Source of the DNA: the human T2T-CHM13v2.0 reference genome, Homo sapiens
Reading direction: 5' to 3' (one strand)
NCBI RefSeq assembly: GCF_009914755.1
Contig: NC_060944.1
DNA length: 64,000 nucleotides
A program made the translations under genes and the position numbers. The notes under the pieces are model-generated. The model was not told the DNA's origin. It did no database searches and worked only from the letters and a program-made list of their open reading frames with translations. Shown here one piece after another: positions 46,011-64,000 of the stretch (position 1 is the first letter of the stretch; each line of letters opens with the position of its first letter).

Positions 46011-46436
46011 GCGAGATGCGGTGGCTCACACCTGTAATCCCAGAACTTTGATTAGCAGAGGTCGGCAGATCACTTGAGGTCAGGAGTTCAAGACCAGCCT
46101 GGCCAACAAGGCGAAACCCCATCTCTTCTAAAAATACAAAAATTAGCCGGGAGTGGTGGTGCATGCCTGTAGTCCCAGCTATTCGGGAGGCTGAGCCAGG
46201 AGAATCACTTGAACCCAGGAGGCAGAGGTTGCAGTGAGTTCAGATCGCACCACTGCACTCCAGCCTGGGCGACAATCCGAGACTGTCTCAAAAAAAAAAG
46301 TAATTTGCAAGACTCCATCTCAAAAAAAAAAAAAGGTGATTTGCCTATTCATTAGAGTAGTAAAAGTGGTAACATTTTGGAGGGAGCTCTCCAGCCTGGG
46401 TGACAGAGCAAGACTCTGTCTCAAAACAAACAAAAA
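46011..46436 (+). mobile_element. Alu carrying the inverted templated insertion
   Basis: TSD ATTCTGGAAAT on both sides; the Alu 3' end occurs twice. Confidence 0.9.
46225..46386. repeat. Inverted repeat arm 2 (derived, inside an Alu)
   Basis: 162/162 match to 45090-45251 by manual comparison. Confidence 0.95.
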
Positions 46437-47649
46437 CATTCTGGAAATTTTCCTTCACAATTTGCATGGTTGGTTTCAAAATGAAGCTACTACAGTTTCA
46501 GGTGGTTACTCTTCAGGGTTTTCTCCCACGACATTATAAATGTATGTTCACTTGCATATCTACAGTAATACTTCTGTTTTAATTCAGTATATCTTTATAC
46601 CCTGTGTTTTTTTAGACAGTTTCTTCACTGGCTGTGGGTAGGGTGGGGCTATCACCTACTTTGTTGTCAGAGGGACACCCAGGGCTGCTGATAATTACAG
46701 ATTGCTCTGAACTTTCCTTAAATTAACATATTTTCCTGGTTCCAAACTTAAAGCTTTGAACTTCATATTTTTAACTACCTTTTAAAAAAATAATTACCTT
46801 TTTCCCAGTTGAAAATATAACAACAACTATTCTAAATGGAGGAGTAAATAATGATAAAGCAAGCTAGAAAAATCATTTGTGTTTTTGTGGCAAATTCATC
46901 ATGTCAGGAAGGAAAACTACTCATTTGCATGTTTGTAAACAACACATCTGATCAGGTGCAATTTTAAAAAGTGATTTGTGGTAGCTAATTTTTGTGTAAT
47001 TATAAGTGACCCAACCAACAAAAACAATGGACCAAAGAATGACCAAAAACCATGTGGGCCTTCCTGGACTTGCCCAGAAATCATCCATCCCACCTGCTCT
47101 GATCTGGCAGTCTGGCAGGCCTTGGCCAGCATGATGTAAGCAAACTCGGCTCTCGCAGCAGGAGCATGATTAATGTCACTGGTTCTCCAACAATACAAAC
47201 AGCAACACTTTTAATTACAAACTGCTCATAGTGTTTCTCAGCTTCAGAGATTTTCATGAAAAACACAGAATGTCTCTGATTTTGTTTGCATATGATATAT
47301 ATGACCAAACTCTTATTAAATGCAAAAAGAAGCCCTCTTTCCCCCTCAAAACTTTACACAGTGCTGATTCTGCAGGAAGATACTTCACTCATATTTCAGG
47401 TACCCAGCACTGCATATGTCCCCACATTTGAGGTGCATCCATTTTAGAAACCAGCTTGATATTTGGTGATCACATTCTGGGTATGGGTTTAAATACAATC
47501 ACAGTAAATTATTTTATAACTTGGTTCACATTTTTGGATACAATATACAGGCCAAAAATATGCATAATTATTCTTTAATTTGGCTCCAAGAGCTTTAATA
47601 CTGAAAAACCAAAAGAGCTACAGTACTCATTTCTGATTTAAAAGGTAAC

Positions 47650-50071
<2,422 letters not shown>

Positions 50072-51239
50072 GTAACTTAACCAGAGACAGTTAGAGAATG
50101 ATGGCCTGAGGTCTTGCGACTGATGCGGATATCTATACATGACTGTGATTCCAGGGACAGGCCAGAGCTATGCCATTCTTTAGGGAGACACTTAGCACCC
50201 CTCCATGCAAGATCACAAAGCCTGAGAGTCATTATGGCCTCTTCTAAGCCAACTGCTAAGCCTCAGAGCAAGGATGTGCCAGGCTTTCCAACATCACCAC
50301 TGCCACGGTGGGACAATGTTCAGTTTAAGTGTACAGGCTTATTCCCCATCCCCAACACCCCTTAAAAACAGGTTCTAGCTTTCCATCTCTTCTTGGCTGG
50401 TAGTTCTCTACAGAGCGGTTCTAGTTTGAGCATCTCTTCTTAACTGTCCCAGTTGCTTCTTAGATTCTTTCTGGTGCCCTGTAAATAACCCTTTAGTACC
50501 TTGAGGCTCTGGGCTGAGGTCAAGGTTCCAAAAATCTGGTGTGTGACATCTCTAAAGGCCAATACCTTTTCCCCGCTTTAAAGGTAATTACATACCATAT
50601 TCTATAGCCTAGAAGATCTTACTCTTTTGGGAAAGTGAAAGGCTACAAGAACATGCAGAACTGAGGGGAAGCAGATTTTCCCATAGAACTCTAGGCATGT
50701 TCCCTTTTATGCTTTAAGTGTAGTACTTCAATATACTGAAAAGTGTACTCCCTTCCAAACTAGTTTCTGCCTAGAGATGATTCCCAGAGAGGAGGAATGA
50801 AGTTATTGGCTTCATATCTCCACCTAAAATGAGGATACCTAAGAGACCCTGACTGTGGTGTATACACTATTCCTGGAAAAGAAAGAAGGCCTCTCTCACC
50901 TTTGCCCCTTAACTCTCCAGCAGGCTGAGTATGGTGATGGTACTTTGTACACCTCAATTTTAACTGTATATGACCTCTGGCCTATTCCCAGAGGCTCTTG
51001 TGAGGCATCGTGACATTCTTGCCTAGAGACATAACCTGCCAACAGCAGCTGAGTCCTCAGATCCGTGTCTAGTGTCTAGTGTGGGTGCACCAGAATCTGC
51101 CTGGTCTTTAGGCTGGCATCCCAATGATACTTGACCGTTTCTCAGCAGTCCTGCTGATAATCAGGAACTCAGCCAGGATCCCAGCTCTTACCTTACCCAA
51201 ACTGAACTACTCAAGCTCAGCACATTTCCTAAGAGAATG

Positions 51240-53150
<1,911 letters not shown>

Positions 53151-53152
53151 TC

Positions 53153-53660
<508 letters not shown>

Positions 53661-53907
53661 CCAGTGGAATAAATCTGCCCTGTTATGTTCTTTTTTCCAG
53701 CAGTGCTTGTTGCTCTTGAGTACACACACAGAAAACATACAGTTAAATGAACAAATAAAGGAAGGACCAAACAGGTAGTAGAAGACAAAGACACTTGACA
53801 GACTTCAGGAACAGAAGCAATGATGAAGGACAAAGTCTTCTACTGCTGTGGTAAGAACTCTATTCCTCTATTTGACCCACAAATAGCACCCACATCCCAC
53901 TGCTAAC

Positions 53908-54056
53908 CTTTAGTAGAGCTGGAGGCTGAAGCAGGTCGAGAAGATCGTTTACGATGTCCATTTTCCACACTTTCAGAGGCCACAGTTGGCTCTTCAGTTC
54001 GGGAGTTTCTTCGGCCTGGGATTTTGGACTTTTCAACTATCTCTTTGGGCTCACTG
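53908..54056 (-). CDS. NCOA6: NCOA6 penultimate exon (SEPKEIVEKSKIPGRRNSRTEEPTVASESVENGHRKRSSRPASASSSTK), 149 nt
   Basis: Acceptor AG at 54058-54057; donor AAG|GTTAG at 53908/53907. Matches the recalled NCOA6 C-terminal region. Confidence 0.95.
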
Positions 54057-54324
54057 CTGACAGAGGGAAGCAAAAAGTTTCCAAGCAGGTGAGGGAACCA
54101 GGCCACACAAAAAACGGGCTCTTCAGATAGTTTCATTCGTAAAGTAGGAGACTAAGAACTATATAGTTATTCTGGAGAGAAAGCAGTTCAACCTGGGGTA
54201 ATAAGCACTATTGCCTTCTATGTTACTGGGGGTTTAAAAGTGAGTCTAGCTTATTACATTAGTAAAAATAAAATAGTAAAGCATAATGTTGGTGAAATTG
54301 TAGAAAAACTGGTAAAAGACATAA

Positions 54325-58012
<3,688 letters not shown>

Positions 58013-58390
58013 TAGGTTAAATATCAGGGCTCTGAAGTCAGAAGGCTTGGGTTTGAATCTAACCTTCACCATTTACTAATTCTGTGACCTTGGGCAATTT
58101 AGTTAACCTTTCTGAACTTTAGATTTCTCATCTATAAGACAGAATTTACTTTCCTAATAGATACTGTGAAAATTAGATGAGATAACACATCTAGGGCACT
58201 TGTAGCTCAATCTATTAAGGATGCATGACATGGAACAACATTCAAATAAATGGTGGCTATTAACCTCCTCACAGGGATGATATGAAGATTAAATGAAAAA
58301 AATATTGTGAAAGTGTCTTATGAAGTTGCTGTACAATTATGAGAAGTTCTTTAAAATATTATCCAGTGCATTCCTACACTAAAAGAGACA

Positions 58391-62398
<4,008 letters not shown>

Positions 62399-63331
62399 CT
62401 ATCAGTCACACAGGATGTAGCATTCTGAAGTAGGTTTTAAAATAATCACAAACTATACCTTACTTTTACTGGCTCAGATTCACAAAATTAAGCATGGCTA
62501 CTATTGCTTTTTCTTACTAACTTTGTCAAGTGTGTGAATTGTAGTTTCAATGAGATTCTTACCTCTGTGGGGACCAGTCATACTTTTTTTTTTTTAACTC
62601 CTCAATGATCTACAGTGACAAAGAATCAGGCGAAACTAAACTGTACCATATCTGCGATATTTATCTGCCTCCATAGTCTATAAAGGCAAAACAAGGGCTG
62701 TGGCTGCCATCATCCTCATGTATTCTGAGCTGACCCTGATCCCACAGCAGTTATTTGTCAGATTACCATGGGATCCTACTTCCAGAAATATCATCCCTTG
62801 TGCTATTTACAATATATTGGTCATGGGGAGAAACTTAATGCCACCCAGAGACGACTGAAATGACTCTGCCTCCCTGGAGGAATGGCTATCACATTGTGGC
62901 AGAGACTCAATGAACAAGACTCCACTACTGTCATAATAAAATTACAAAGTGCGTTAATGCTTGCCAGCCCAGTAAGTCACCATATGCCAGCTATTCAGCT
63001 GCCAACCATGGGTGCCAGGGTCACAGAACAGGGAAAACTCTGCAACAGAAACCCATGGCTGGGTGGCAGACAGACAATGGGCACGGAATTGCCCTTCTTG
63101 AGTTCCCTAGCTGACACTATGAATGCATGAGAGAGCAAGCTGGTCGGGGGGAAAATAATCTCAAGTAGAACTGCACAAGCTTTGTCACTCAACCAAAGTC
63201 TGCTCTGAAGCAAACAGATAAAATAGTTCCTGTCACTTCCTGGCATAAGAACACACGACATTGAGGACAGCAGTAGTTCCTTCACATGTAACCCATCCCA
63301 CTCCAAGAAGTTTTTCCAAAGTACGCCTTAC

Positions 63332-63400
63332 CTGGTCTGGCAACAGAGGCCTGCAGTGCTGTGGTTGAAGTTTCCTTTGAGACTAAATTCTGCGACGGGG
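63332..63400 (-). CDS. NCOA6: NCOA6 coding exon (PSQNLVSKETSTTALQASVARP), 69 nt
   Basis: Acceptor ccttAG at 63402-63401 after a T-tract; donor CAG|GTAAG; phase 1-1. Joins in frame with the next exon. Confidence 0.93.
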
Positions 63401-64000
63401 CTAAGGCAAGGAAAAAAAAATTACAGACCTTTTACTTTCTTTTCTAAACAAAAAGAAAGCATTAACCTAATCAAGGGCTAAGTAACTGCTGAAACAATGT
63501 ACTCTTAGAGGGCAGTACTCAAAATTGGCCTCGAAATTACAAGTACATTTTAAAACTTACTACAAAAATTAATTACCATAACACCCAGTACCAATGACTA
63601 CCATTTAGGGGTATAGGCTCTTCCTTTTTGTATGTATAATAATAAGGGGAAGAGATGGCTATAAGAACATAGCACTCACATTTTCTGCTTCTTGGGGTCA
63701 GGTCCTGACCACTACTTGAAAAAGCCCCAAAGCATATCTTAGTAGGCAACCCAAACCATAGAGGTACAATTATACCATTCCCCTCAGCATTTAAAAAATC
63801 TAGCCTCACTCCCTAAAGACTATACTCTATGAGAGTGGAAATGGTCACATAATTTTGTACTTTTCTATAGCACTTAGCAAAAGTGATGGGCATAAAGCAG
63901 GCATTCAATTCATACATAATAAATAAATAAATTTGATATGTTATTTACTTATCTAACAAATAGTTGCAAAGAACTTACTAGGGGCAAGGCACTGTGCCAG

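Overview
Human (primate) genomic DNA, recognisable as the PIGU / TP53INP2 / NCOA6 interval (chr20q11.22 by gene order recalled from established knowledge). The window holds PIGU coding exon 1 and its CpG-island promoter (- strand). It holds the complete TP53INP2 (DOR) gene on the + strand: two non-coding exons, three coding exons giving 220 aa, and a ~3.1 kb 3'UTR. It also holds the last four coding exons and 3'UTR of NCOA6 (- strand), convergent with TP53INP2. The rest is very Alu-dense, with L1, L2, MIR, DNA-transposon and LTR relics. I found no new protein-coding gene or prokaryote-type system. The most unusual signals are structural. (1) A 162-bp, 100%-identical inverted templated insertion sits inside an Alu in the last NCOA6 intron. 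(2) A ~255-bp local segment was copied into the middle of another Alu. (3) That Alu directly abuts an old mitochondrial insertion (COX3 3' part plus tRNA-Gly) with non-human-like residues. (4) TP53INP2 intron 3 has a distant-branch-point / UG-repeat architecture. Repeat family names come from recalled consensus sequences and their boundaries are approximate.
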